From Octopus vulgaris (lineage: Eukaryota): 64,000 nt of DNA. Of the stretch, positions 37,721-51,944 are shown piece by piece. Location: the NCBI GenBank assembly GCA_951406725.2, contig OX597823.1:81468001-81532000 (forward strand), read 5' to 3'. Both the position numbers and the translations under genes were made by a program. Each line of letters opens with the position of its first letter. Positions within the stretch are counted from its first letter, which is position 1. Below the pieces are notes generated by a model that was given only the letters and a program-made list of their open reading frames with translations, ran no database searches and was not told where the DNA came from.

Positions 37721-38037
37721 ATGTAATGAGATGAATATATAACCATTAATTCAATTCATTTTACATATGTTTCGGTAGCATGGTAATTTATATGCATGTG
37801 ATGTATTATGCAATATGTTGTGATATTACATATTCATTATTTAATATACTTTATTAGACTGATCTAGCCTTTGATCATTCATGACGCCTGAAAGAATGTT
37901 AAGTAATGACACATATTAGATAACAGAATTTATGTAATATCACAGCATATGTAATATATCATGTGCAAATAGGTTGCTATGCTATTGAAACATATGTAGT
38001 ATGAATTGAACTAATAGCTACATCTTCATTTATTACA
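37721..38037. repeat. Inverted repeat with ~130-bp diverged arms
   Basis: ttcaattcattttacatatgtttc...tgttgtgatattacata versus tatgtaatatcacagca...gaaacatatgtagtatgaattgaa. Confidence 0.75.
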
Positions 38038-38874
38038 CAGGCACACATATGTATGTATATGTGTGTATGTATTTGTCACCATTCTAATTGGAAAGTAAGT
38101 GAGACAAGGAAACATTTGTTCTTGCTGTGAAATTAAGCCTACAAAGGCCTTCTCAGCAGCTTAGGATGTGTGTCAACCTGACTGGTTTCACTGTTACTCA
38201 ATATTTCATCAGTGTTTGCTCACATCTCCCAAATTACTGATGATAATTGCAGAAAACTACTTATTAAACTGTGAACAAATTTTGTGACTGACATCGCTCA
38301 TTTGCATATTGATGTCTGACAATAATAAATAGAGCACCAATACAGCTTGTGTTCTAGATAATATACAGATCCATATTGTGCTAGTTGCATGAAATAAGCA
38401 GCCAATCCACACTATTAAGTGGTTGGCATTAAGAAGGGCATCCAGCCATAGAAGCATGACAAAGCAGACTCTGGAACATGATGCAGGCCTTGGAACCATT
38501 GGATTCTGTCAAATTGTCCAATCTCTGCTAACTTGGAAGGTGAACATTAAGTGGTAGTGGTGGTGGTGGTGGTGGTAGTAGTGGCAGCATTGGCAGCAGT
38601 GTCAACAACAATGAAGACAATGAGAATGATATTTATATGTACTTAACCTTGTTATGGAATATAATGTAGGCGAGCCTTTCCAACAGTTTGGGATGAAGAT
38701 TGAACTTGTTTCATTGCATAAAGCATAAACATATTGAAAGTAAGCACTATACATACATAAATATGTATATATGTGTGTGTGTGTTTCTATATATGTACAT
38801 ATATGAGTGTGTATATGTATATGCATATATATATGCATATATATATATATTTATTTATATTTATATACATACAT

Positions 38875-39508
<634 letters not shown>

Positions 39509-40377
39509 ACACATATATATACACACACACACATAAATATATATCATAGTAAATTTGCATGTTTGTTGAAGAACAAATATGAAATATTAATACTAAAATA
39601 AAATAAATAATAAATTAAGCCCAAATAACGTAAGTGATGTGTCAAAACATAGCAAGCCAATGTCAAATGGTATATCTCAGGAAATTATAATACCATAACT
39701 AAGACTGAAGTAAGAAACAACTTAAAAAGTATAACTTCACTAGAAATAGTTTTTCTGTATTGAAATACTTAGTACACAACTTTTCAATTACCCTGGTTGT
39801 AGATTAAAAAAGAAATAAGTATATTTTATTACAAAAAGTGTTATGGATTGATAGTCATATAAACACTTGACTTTTACACATGCATACATGTGCTTACACC
39901 TATACACACCTATATGTTTCTATACTGTTATCTCTTCCTTTTTCTCTGTGTATAAACCTATCTCCGACCCCATCCATCTGCCAATCTGTATGTATATATG
40001 CAAGCAGGTATGCATGTACAAATTCTTTTCCACTGTAGGCAGAAGGCCTGAAATTTTGGGGGATGGGGCCAGTTGATTAGATCAACCCCAGTACGCAACT
40101 GGTACTTAATTTATCAACCCCGAAAGGATGAAAGGCAAAATTGACCTCAGAGGAATTCAAACTCAGAATGTAAAGACAGACGAAATATTCTTTTCTACTC
40201 TAGGCACAAGGCCTGAAATTTTAGGGGAGGTAGGCCAGTCGATCAGATCGACCCCAGTTCACAACTGGTACTTAATTTATTTAACCCTGAAAGAATGAAA
40301 GGCAAAGTTGACCTTGGGGTCCATAAAATAAGTAGGAGCAAGAAATGGAAACAGAATGGAAAAAGGATGCTAATGAA

Positions 40378-40412
<35 letters not shown>

Positions 40413-40480
40413 TATTAATAATAATAATAATGATAATAATAATAGTAGTAGTAGTAATAATAAAAATAATAATAATAATG

Positions 40481-40531
<51 letters not shown>

Positions 40532-40739
40532 TAGTATCATTCTATTTGTTTTAGCTTTGTATTTAAAGCACAAACACACATAAAAATTTATGGTAAGCTC
40601 AAAAATCTATAAGGTATTTAAAATGGAAACAAAATTATGTTATTTAAATATTGAACGTTTTAAATGTAAAATGAAACAATATGGAAAATGCATGCAGCTT
40701 CTACAACAGCCATTTTTATAGAGGGATTATTCTTGCAAA

Positions 40740-41560
40740 GTTACTCATTAATCTAATTCAGTAGCCAACTGTCTTTTAATGGGGTACAATATTAATCCAC
40801 ACAATTGTAGAGTCCTTGTAGGACTTTATGTCTTTGAACTGGCTTAAAGATCCACAACTGCATTAGATATTTGCAAAGTTAGGAAAATGTGTTAGAATGT
40901 GAACTGGTTAGGAAAATGGAACACATAACGTTTGTTGTGATCATGAATTTAAATTCAATTTTGATGGTCAGTCGTTTAACACTTCTTAAATTTTTGCTAG
41001 AATACAGCTGGTGCTCATTATCTCTTTGTACATGTCTTTGAATGAAAGAAACTCTTGTATGATTTCAGTTTAACTATGGACGATGTCTGAGTACGTGACT
41101 ACGACTGAATCTAATTTCTTCATATTATCTGCATCATCAAAAACATTCTGGATCTAAAATACTAATGTCGGAAGTTACATTTTTAAAATGCTTAAATTTT
41201 TTGCCTGTGCTATTTATAACAGAATCTAACGACACTAAGTTGTATTCGACTATCAATTTCTGTCAGACATCAAATATTTTTTCATCCTCAGCAATTTAAT
41301 CACAGAATATTTCCATTTTTTTTTTTCACTCTGTCTGTCTTGCTTGCATTCTGTATTAATATCACATAATATCACACTTTTGACTCAACTTGGTTGCTTC
41401 ATTTTTAATCTGAATTGAGTTTCATGTTTAGTTCACATTCTTTTCATATCTTTTTCAAAAATCTGAATCAAATAAGAATCTCTGAAAAGATCTAGACTAC
41501 TTTTCTATAAATATATGGCTAGGTTGAAAGTCTTGCTAGCACTTTAGTCTGCAATATAAG
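40740..41560 (-). pseudogene. Degenerate hAT-superfamily transposase, C-terminal half
   Basis: Minus strand KKLDSVVVTYSDIV..EIIQEFLSFKDMY and IFLTLQISNA...SQFKDIK, resembling the hAT dimerisation motif LTLPVS.A..ERSFS..K.IK; many stops and frameshifts. Confidence 0.6.
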
Positions 41561-42043
41561 AATAACTAAACATTCTTAAGTACTTGGTGTTTTCTGCATA
41601 CTCTTTGCCTGCGTGAGCTGTTAAGGTATATATATTTTTTATTTCACCATCTAGGTGCAGGCATGGCAGTGTGATAAGAAGCTTGCTTCCCAACCACATG
41701 GTTTTGGGTTCAGTTCCATTGCATAGCATCTTGGGCAAGTGTCTTTTACTGTAGCCTTGGGCTGACCTAAGCCTTGTGAGTCGATTTGGTAGATGGAAAC
41801 TGAAAGAAGCCCATCATGTATTCATACATACATACATAGATATATATATGCCCTATTGCCCTAATATATATTTATATTTGAGTTTTGATAATTTGGGAAT
41901 GATATAAAGTTGTTTTGATCGATTGGAGCATTTATTCATTATACCTTTCAATTTATTTCTCCTTTTGCCTTGGTGTCACCTGACCACTTCCAGCTGCAGC
42001 CCTATTTTTATTTTTGTTCTTCAGTTCCTCATATATAGAGTGT

Positions 42044-42360
42044 CACCATACCGGCACATGTGACGGTGGCACGTGAAAAACAACATTTGAGGATGGTTGT
42101 TGCCAGTGTCACTGGACTGAGCTGGCAGCATGTAAAAAACATCTTTTGAGCATGGTCGTTGCCAGAACAGCTTGACTTGTCCTCATGCCAGTGGCATGTA
42201 AAAGCACCCACTACACTCTTGGAGTGGTTGGCGTTAGGAAGAGCATCCAGCTGTAGAAACTTTGCCAGATCACATTGAGCCTGGTACAGCCATCTGGCTC
42301 ACCAGTCCTTAGTCAAACCATTCAACCCATACCAGCATGGAAAGTGGACGTTAAGCAACA

Positions 42361-42391
<31 letters not shown>
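42044..42391 (+). mobile_element. RTE LINE 3' UTR with tandem units and (GAT)n tail
   Basis: Same structure as 3595-4140. Confidence 0.78.
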
Positions 42392-42392
<1 letters not shown>

Positions 42393-43719
42393 ATATTTAA
42401 TGTCATCATAATCTTCCTAGGTATCATTTAACATCTGTTTTCCATACTGGCATGGGTCTGACAGTTTGACAGGAGTTGGCTAGCCAGAAGATTGCAAGAG
42501 ACTTCACTGTCCATTTTGGCATGGTTTTTACATTTATATGTGTGTTTGTGGTGTCTGTGTCTGTGTTTGTTCCCTCATTCCTGCTTGACAACCAGTGTTG
42601 GTGTGTTTATGACCCCATAACTTAGTGGTTCAGCAAACAGACCAATAGAATAAATGCCAGTCTTTGAAAAAGAAAAAAAAAGAAAAGTACTGGAGTTGAT
42701 TCATCCAAGGTGGTGCACCAGCATGACTGCAGTCTAATGACTGAAACAAGTAAAAGACAAAAGATTAAAGATTCAAAACTCATGGTTAAACAACTACTAG
42801 TGTTGCTTTGTTAAATTCTACAAGGCTTTTTTTACTACTTCTGACTTGATGGATGTTCAACCACTATCCCAAAATTCCTTAAGGGACAGTGACTTGATAT
42901 GAACATGGTTGTCCTAGGTAAACTGATGTAGAAAAAAAAAAAAGGTAGAGACCCTTTTTAGGGTCCTCCTACCAAAAACAAAGAAATAAACAAAAGCAAC
43001 TTGATTTAAATATTAGGGTTTATTGCAAAGCAGAAGCTGGCAAAATCATTAACATGCTTAGCAGCATGTTCCCTGTTTTCACATTCTGAGTTCAAGTTCC
43101 ATTGAGGTCGACTTTGCCTTTCAGCCTTTCAGTGTTGATAAAATTAGTACCAGTTGAATATGGGGTTGATGTAATTGACTTACCAACTCCCTTAAAATTG
43201 CTGGCCTTGTGCCAAAGTTTTAAACCAGTATCAGAGCTCATTACATCAATTAAAACGAAATTCAAATCATTGTGGGGTATCCATGTATCTGCTCTACAAC
43301 AAGACACCTATATCTGTTCCATCCATACCCTAAATCTCTCAACTGACACAAAGCCGCTTTCCTTCAATACTACCTGCCCCATCCTAGTTGAGTGGGTTTA
43401 TGTCTTGCCAGGTACATGGCGATGACCCTGTTGGTGCTGGTGCCACATACAAAACACCCAGTACACTCTGTAAAGCGGTTAGCATTGAAAAGGGCAACCA
43501 GCTGTAGAAACCATGCCAAAACAAATAATGGAACCTGATGCGGCTCCTGGTCTTGACGGTTCCTGTTAAACTGTCCAACCCATGCCAGCATGGAAAATGG
43601 AGGCTTGATGATGATGATGATGATGATGATGATTGGCAATACTACATGCCATCACTTTGATGGCATGCACTGCTCTCTCAATAATAATAATAATGATAAT
43701 AATAATAATAATAATAATA

Positions 43720-43805
43720 ATGGGAACAGTGAGCAAAAATCTTGAGAAGTACATGGAACAAATAAGGGCTGCAATAAGGGTGGAGCACTTGCAGAAAACA
43801 GCAAT
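43720..43805 (+). pseudogene. C-terminal fragment of an RLE-type (R4/Dong-like) non-LTR retrotransposon next to (TAA)n
   Basis: GTVSKNLEKYMEQIRAAIRVEHLQKTA resembles the G.V.K.L..Y...I......LQK.ALLGT terminus of RLE elements. Confidence 0.55.
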
Positions 43806-44492
43806 GATGATGATGATGACGACGACGACGACGTAATAGTAGTAGTAGTAGTAGTAGTACATCAAGGGCATAAAGAATGCACTTGAAGCAACTTACATAG
43901 CTTTGTTTGGAGAGTAGATATCTTTCTTGACAAGGTGCTTACTGTCTTGCAAGAACGACTGTTTTGTGTAATTATTTGCAGCTGTAAGTCTTTGATTGCT
44001 GAAAGAAGAATGTTGAAAAACCATTTCAGCCCTTGCTCTAGGTAATTCACTGGAATGCATTAATCTTTCCATTTTCTCACTGCTTGCTCTTATATGTTGC
44101 TAGGATGAAAAAAAAAAAAAATTATCAGTTCTGCCAATATTGTTAATAGTGTTCACACCATCATCATCATTGTCGGTGTCGTCGTCATCATTGTCATCAT
44201 CACCTTTATCCTTTAACAGTAGTTTTCCATGCTGGTATGGGCTGGACAGTTTGACAGGCGCTGGCAAGTCTGAGAACTGCTCCAGATTCCATTGCCTGCT
44301 TTGACATGATCTCTACTGTTGGCTGCCCTAAACACTTTACAGGTTGTACTGGCTGCTTTTCACATGGCACCATCTCCAGCAGGATCACTAAGTAACATGC
44401 AAATCAAAAACCCCTCGGCTGGGAGAGGGAGCCGCACTGAGGGAGATGGCTGTGTATCAGCTGAGAGGTTAAAGTATACTCTTTTTTTTTCA

Positions 44493-44896
44493 CTCTTTTA
44501 CTTGTTTCAGTCATTTGACTGTGGCCATGCTGGAGCACCGCCTTTAGTCGACCAAATCGACCCCAGGACTTATTCTTTGTAAAGCCTAGTACCTATTCTA
44601 TTGGTCTCTTTTGCCGAACCGCTAAGTTACGGGGATGTAAACACACCAGCATCGATTGTTAAATGATGTTGGGGAGACAAATACAGACACACAAACATAT
44701 ACACACACACACACATATATATATACATATATACGATGGGCTTCTTTCAGTTTCCGTCTACCAAATCCACTCACAAGGCTTTGGTCGGCCCGAGGCTATA
44801 GTAGAACACACTTGCCCAAGGTGTCACGCAGTGGGACTGAACCCAGAACCATGTGGTTTGTGAGCAAGCTACTTACCACACAGCCATTCCTACGCC
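44493..44896 (-). mobile_element. SINE family A, full length
   Basis: As other family A copies. Confidence 0.9.
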
Positions 44897-45813
44897 TATA
44901 ATAGAGGGATAGAGATAGGTGTCTTACTATAGAGAAGATAGATGACCACCCCAGCAGAATTGCAAGCTATGTTGGCTACTTTGGTTTCAGTCCTTATTTT
45001 GAATAGAACCAAAGCTGATCAAAACAGTATCAGATCATTATCTGTGTCAGGGCTGAGGTATATTACCTTTTTATCAATCAGTAATAAATGTTGCTCCAGT
45101 AATATCTTGGCAAATGCCTTAATAAGTGAAACACTATTTCCTTTATTTGTATTTAGGGAACCTGCATTTGTATTTAGAGAACTTTGATATTCACAATGAA
45201 CAAGGAATGACTGTACTTGTTTCCCCAAATAGAGAACTACACCTATAATATGGTTTAGAATTTTTCTTTTATTTTTTTATCTCTTTTCTTTTTTTCTCCT
45301 CTAACAAGTCCAGCCAAAACAATGTTGTGAAACAAACAAAATTTGGCAAGAAAAAATCTTTCTCTACTTCTTTGTGAATTTCATTTTTTGTATTTTTAAC
45401 TTCTATGGTTTTCAATTTTGTGTGTACCTTTAACAAGTTTTACAGTCACTTTTTGGGAATCCTCCAACCATCTGGCCGAATTGCAAAATACCGACATAAA
45501 ATGAAACATTGTGTTTGCTAAAGGCGAGTTAACCAGCCACTGCCTAAATATTTCACAACCACTTTTAAATTATTTCCTTCTATCTAGTTGCACGAAAATG
45601 ATGTTCAGCTTAATCTTTTGGAAAGCTGTGAGAAATTAATTTAAAGATTTGGTTGACAAGGGCCTAACTCTAAGCAGTGCACATATGAAATCTGGTCTTA
45701 CAGGTATTTTGCAAAACAGGTGCGAATCTGTTGAGTGTCAAATATTCTGTATGTGCATCGATAATCACACATAACCTCACTGTGTCATCATTGTACATAT
45801 GTATATGTATCTT

Positions 45814-45857
<44 letters not shown>

Positions 45858-46511
45858 TATATGCATGCATACACATACATATATGTGCACTTATATGCAG
45901 ATGCCTATGCACACAAACACACATATATAGATTTATATATATATGTATCTATATATGTGTTTATATGTACACACACATATATTATTAACAATAAATTACA
46001 TAGAGAGATACAAATGACAATCCAGTAATTTATTTATATTATAATATAACATAATATATGATGAATATAATATAATAAAATATAACACAAGCAATTATTT
46101 AAAAGACCCAAAAAGACAACAATTTGTTTCAACTTATTTACATTTTTTGATTTTATATATATATATGTATGAATGTATGCATGTATGTATATGTTTATGT
46201 GTCTGTGTTTCTCTCCACTTCCACCATCACTTAACAACTGATGTTGGTGTGTTTACGGCCCTGTATCTTAACGGTTCAGCAAAAGAACCGATAGAATAAG
46301 AATTAGGCTTACAAAGAATAAGTCCTGGGGTCAATTTGTTTGACTAAAGGCAGTGCTCCAGCATAGCCACAGTCAAATGACTGAAACAAGTAAAAGAATT
46401 AAAAAGAATATATCTTCTTAATATAAATTTGGGTGTCACCAGATGAAGTTGCACTGCTATGTGGTGCATCTTTGATTTGCAGTGCTTTTTCACAGTTCAT
46501 CGATTTTTGTG

Positions 46512-47191
46512 ATGGTTGAACTGAAGGAATAGCATGCTTCCATGAAATTCTATTTTCTGCAGTGGAAAATGGTGGCCGAAACAGTTCTTATGCTTTAACC
46601 TTTTCGTTACTGTATTTATTTTGAGATGCTCTGTGTTTCTTTCAATTACTTTAAATATAACAAAGAATTTAGTAAAACAACTTAGTTATCATTAAATTAG
46701 TGTTAGGAACATAAAAAGTTTGGTGGAAGATTTTAATTCAAAACTTATGGAAACAAGACATTTGTACTCAGAGCCAGAGCCGGTTTCAGCCGGGTTGGTA
46801 ACGAAAGGGTTAAACAGCTTACAAGGATACTGCCATGAGCAAAACACAAGTTTACAAGTGGTTTTCACACTTTTGGATTGGTCACTTGTTTCTGACAGGT
46901 TGACTGTCGACTTCCTGAATAAATGAAAACATTACAAAAATTCATGAATTGATCTTGGAGGAGCATTACTGAACAGTTGACAAAGTTGTGATATGATTGG
47001 TGTGTCCTGAATCTTCTCCCAACGAATTTTGGGCAAGGAATAGCAAATGAAAAGAGTTGCAGCAAAATTTTTACCTCAAAAACAGCCATGACTAAATACG
47101 TGTTGTGAATTGAAAGATCAACTGGAAGTTGATCTGAACCTTTTTACCAAAGGCCATCACTGGTGATGAAAGCTGGTGCTATGGCTATGAC
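46512..47191 (+). pseudogene. Mariner transposase fossil (N-terminal HTH to first catalytic Asp), interrupted by a MITE
   Basis: MVELKE*HASMKFYF...AETVLML*TAYKDTAMSKTQVYKWF...KRVAAKFLP...ITGDESWCYGYD. Confidence 0.85.
46599..46809 (-). mobile_element. TTAA-type (piggyBac-like) MITE
   Basis: TTAA|ccttttcgttac...gtaacgaaaggg|TTAA (TSDs 46595-46598 and 46810-46813). Confidence 0.88.
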
Positions 47192-47429
47192 TGGAAATGG
47201 CTTGGAAACAGCAATGTATGTCACTCTCTTACACTTTTGGGGTTATTTTCTTTTACCTAATTTTGAGTTATACTCTGTTTTTAAACACAATATGTCTTAT
47301 GGATGAAATGTGGCAGCTTTGTAACGATTACTAACACTCATGCACGAAATATATTATATTGGTAATTCCTATATTATTAAGCAGCTTCAAACACAAAATT
47401 TGATCACACACACACACAAGCACATTGTA

Positions 47430-47496
47430 ATATTATATATATATATATCATATATATAATATAATATATATGTATATATGTATGTATGTGTATATA

Positions 47497-47543
<47 letters not shown>

Positions 47544-47550
47544 AAATATA

Positions 47551-47587
<37 letters not shown>

Positions 47588-47828
47588 CATACATATATAT
47601 ATTATATATATACATACATATATATGTATATATATACATACATATATATGTATATATATATATATACATACATATATATGTATATATATATATACATACA
47701 TATATATGTATATATATATATACATACATATATATGTATATATATATATACATACATATATATGTGTATATATATATATATACACATATATGTGTATATA
47801 TATATATATATATACATACATACACACA

Positions 47829-47903
<75 letters not shown>
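47430..47903. repeat. (TA)n-derived minisatellite (recurring tacatacatatatatg units) plus (CA)n
   Basis: Direct reading. Confidence 0.9.
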
Positions 47904-47907
<4 letters not shown>

Positions 47908-48366
47908 GGTATGGTGGATAAATTGTCGCCATTTTATATGCTTAATTTCACGCAGTATAGCAGGGTCAGTTGAGTACTGGCTGTGAGGGAAAACAGCACT
48001 ATGATGCAATTTACTTGGCCAGGAATTTGGAAACAACATGCGGTACTGCTTGGGATTCATGCTAGAAGCTGCAATATGAACATTTCAGCATGTTTGAGTA
48101 TCAATCTGAGGACCCTGCAATCTGGAGACATGTACTGAGACTGATAAAAATCAAACATCCATTCAATATGATGGTGTTTGTAGTGATCACTAGTGATGGC
48201 TATGTTTTGCCTCAATTCAGCTTTACCCAAGATACCCTAGTTTAATATATTATATTTTGAAGAGACATTTCTTCAATAAATATATTAAAAAACATCAAAT
48301 ATTATCAATAAGTTTGAAAATGGAGAGATTCAATGGATATAAATTAATTTATTAATCATCTAGCAT

Positions 48367-48467
48367 TGCCTACAATTGTTTCACTTTGCACCCAATGTAA
48401 ATTACAAAACATATATAATAATATAAGTTTGCATTTTGAGTGTCCTGGGTGGAAGATCTTCTGAGCA
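48367..48467 (-). ncRNA. Inverted, degenerate copy of the long-stem-II hammerhead
   Basis: Minus strand tgct-CAGAAGA-tcttccacccag...ttgggtgcaaagt-GAAA-caattg-TA-ggca; core U4 changed to A. Confidence 0.5.
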
Positions 48468-48533
48468 AAATGGACATTACAGAGTTTACATTTTGAGCAA
48501 TTGAAATGCTGTTGGAGTATTTCAATTAATCTT

Positions 48534-48634
48534 TGCCCTGATGATCTTCCACCTAGGGTACTCAGAATGCAAGCTCATATTATTATATATGTTTTATAAT
48601 TTAAACTAGGTGTGAAGTGAAACAATTGTAGGCA
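48534..48634 (+). ncRNA. Type I hammerhead ribozyme motif with a long stem II
   Basis: tgcc-CTGATGA-tcttccacctag...ctaggtgtgaagt-GAAA-caattg-TA-ggca. Confidence 0.65.
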
Positions 48635-49695
48635 GTATTAAATAATTAATAAATTAATATATATCCATTGATTCTTTCCATTTTCAAACCTATTAATTGT
48701 ATATATGTAATGTGTACATACACATATATAGGTAGGGAGGTTGGTAAATAGATAAATAAATTGCTAGATAAATAAACAGATAGATAGATATTGATAGATA
48801 GATTGATAGGTAAATACATAGATAGATAAATAGACAGATAGATAGATAAATAAATAGATAGACTGATAGATAGATATTTTTTTTAATTTTTTAACCACCA
48901 GTAAGTTGTGAAGTGACTCAAAGGCTGAGAGATTTGTGCATACCACTTATCAGACTGAAATGAAACATGAGAATTCATTTCTTATATCGAGTGAATTAAA
49001 ATTGGTATTGGAAAATCAGGTTGGAATTGGAAAATTTTGAATAATCTTCTTGCTAAACAGAGGGTAGGCTTATGAGAAAATGAAATGCAGATAAACACTC
49101 ACACACATACACATGTACATCATATGAATTACAGGGTATTCATCCTGATATAAGCATGCAATTTAATATACTTGCAAATATGAGTATATTCATGTATGAA
49201 CTTATAAATATACATAGATATTGTGTCTATAGAAACACAATTACATATTCTTATTTTCCTATGTATATATATATATGTCTCAACATAAATGTAGACATAT
49301 AGCCACACATATATATATATATATGTATATGTACAAATATACATACATGTATATATACATATATACATATATACTTGTGTACATATATGCACACACATGC
49401 ATATTCACACATATAAATATGAAAATGTAATAGTACACATATAAAATATATGCATTCATATACATATATATTTACATATAGATGTACTTGTGCACATGCA
49501 CACACACTCACACATACGCATATACATACATATATATATTACTTGATATAAAATAGAATATATACATATGTATATAAATATATACACACACATGTATATA
49601 CACACACAAATATATATATATAATTGTGTATATGTATGTATGTAATGTATGTATATATATATACACACACACATATATATATATATGTACATATA

Positions 49696-49749
<54 letters not shown>

Positions 49750-50145
49750 TGCACACACACACACACACATATGCATATATATTCTTTTCTTCTCTAGGCA
49801 CAAGGCGCGAAACTTTTGTGGAGGGGGCCCAGTCGATTTGATTGACACCAGTACGCAACTGGTGCTTAATTAATCGATCCCGAAAGGATGAAAGGCAAAG
49901 TTGGCCTCGGGGGATACTGCATATTCATATCATGCTTATATATAACTGTATCCAACATGAATATATGGCGTTCTGCCTACATAATACATGATCTAAAGTG
50001 GTTTATGTTTAAAAAGGGTATATATAAAAAATGATGTATGTCCAAAAAGTAGTGTGCATATAAATAACACACATGACTTATAAAACACACAGTGGTGGCA
50101 TATAAACCATTTTGCAAAGAAATATGATACATGGATTATATAATG

Positions 50146-50367
50146 TATGAGAGGGTGTGGAAAAATTCCTGGCTTGAAGAGTATTGCGAAGGTCCTGGTT
50201 GGAGGCCCAACCTTCCAAGTTCTTTTACAGGTCTTTGGAAATCTGAATGACTGCTGCAATGAGTGTGTGAATCTGAGAGGGGAAAATGTTGAATAAAATC
50301 ATAATTAACTGATCCTCCTGTATTTTCTTTTACCCAAAGCCAGGAACTTTTTAGCACCCTTTTTGTA
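50146..50367 (+). mobile_element. Mariner-derived MITE
   Basis: TIRs agggtgtggaaaaattcctggctt / aagccaggaactttttagcaccct; internal remnant of the transposase C-terminus (CNECVNLRGENVE*). Confidence 0.72.
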
Positions 50368-50519
50368 CATCTGTAGTTTGTGAAGCCTATATGGAGTATA
50401 TGTAAGAGTTTTGTGTCAGAGTAGAAAACTGTTGGGAAAGATGAAAATGTATACGTAGGAAGGATAAAAGGCAAATGTGTGACAGACTGTAGAGTTTGTC
50501 ATCCAGTGGGTAGCTTGAA

Positions 50520-50940
50520 GAATGTAAGACAAATTTCTTTTGTTGGGGACATGAAGAAATCGACTCTAATTTAGAATTGAGTTGGTCAAAAGGTTCTGTA
50601 AGGATACTGAATTTTTCAAATATGCAGAGGCAGCACTTGTAGCCATTGATGTATTCGGAAGAGGATTTGGTAACAGACCATTTAATTTTGTCATTGGAAA
50701 GGCTTTTGTTTTTAAACTCCAGATGTATTTTGAAAGTGTTGTTGCTGATCTTTTATTTTCATGTCTGATATGCATTTATGTTGAGTGTACCTTGATTTGA
50801 ATGAGTTCTCAGTAAAGCCTGTATAGCACTTTATGTCATTGTTGCTAGCTTGTATGGAAGCCCCATCACAGTAAACAACTTTTTTTCTGAAAGCATTTAC
50901 TGTGTAGAAGTCATGTACTTCAGTTAAGACAAGTGCACAG
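50520..50940 (-). pseudogene. Penelope-like element GIY-YIG endonuclease domain fossil
   Basis: Minus strand, several frames: CTC...KC.QKKVVY..ASIQ...KCYTGFTENSFKSRYTQH...TTLSKYIWSLK...CCLCIFEKFSIL...LNSKLESISSCPQQKKF. Confidence 0.82.
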
Positions 50941-51440
50941 AGGTAAAGAATTGTGTGTGTGTGTCTTCTGGGAACTAAGTACTTGCGATTAATTCTGGCT
51001 ACAGATGAGTCATTTCATTTGTGGGGAATTAATGGTTGCGCAATGAAAGTTGTATGGAAGGAGTTCATCAACATATTGAAAGGCTTAAAGATCACATTAA
51101 ATAGAATAGATGCAGATCTATGAAGAGTTCATTTCTTAGATATAACTCTAGATTATTGAGGTCCTGGTAAATACTAGATTAATAAAAAAAATCTAGCGTT
51201 TTGCTGTGTATTAATATAAATTCCAGTCAACTGCTGGTGCAGCCTTGTCTCCTTCTAGGGGTCACATTCTTGATGTTCTGCTGTGTCAAGGCTAGGAAGG
51301 CCAAGTGGGTGTCTGTGTCTGCTTGTGATTACACAGGCACCTGAAACAATTAAAGAAAGCATGGTAAAAGATACCAGGTCATATTCAATCGCATGTGATG
51401 GCTAACTTGATATGTACATACATAATATACATGTGTGTAT

Positions 51441-51821
51441 TCTTTTATTTGTTTTCAGTTATTTGACTGCAGCCATGCTGGAGCACAGCCTTTAGTTGAA
51501 CAAATCGACCCCAGGACTTATTCTTTCTAAGCCTAGTACTTATTCTGTTGGTCTCTTTTGCTGAACCACTAAGTTACAGGGACGTAAACACACCAGCATC
51601 GGTTGTCAAGAAATGGTGGGGGGACAATCACAAGTACACAAACACACACATACATATAAGATGGGCTTCTTTCAGTTTCTGTCTGCCAAATCCACTCACA
51701 AAACTTTGGTCAGCACGAGACTATAGTAGAAGATACTTGCCAAAGGTGCCATGCAGTGGGACTGAACTGGGAACCATGTGGTTGGTAAGCAAGCTACTTA
51801 CCACACAACCACTCCTGCGCC
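51441..51821 (-). mobile_element. SINE family A, full length
   Basis: As other family A copies. Confidence 0.9.
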
Positions 51822-51890
51822 TATGTGTATATTTATATTGTATATATATGGGAAAATTTGTGTGTGTGTCTGTGCATTTTTGTATGTGTG

Positions 51891-51944
<54 letters not shown>

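Noticed and set aside
43862-45228. Non-repetitive minus-strand ORFs at 43862-44050 and 45019-45228 as exons of a nested gene
   Set aside because: Short, no recognisable family, and splice signals no better than chance; may be decayed transposon sequence.
48925-48957. Minus-strand CTGATAA-gtg gtatg cac-AAAT hammerhead-like remnant
   Set aside because: Both cores are mutated and stem I does not pair; too weak to call.
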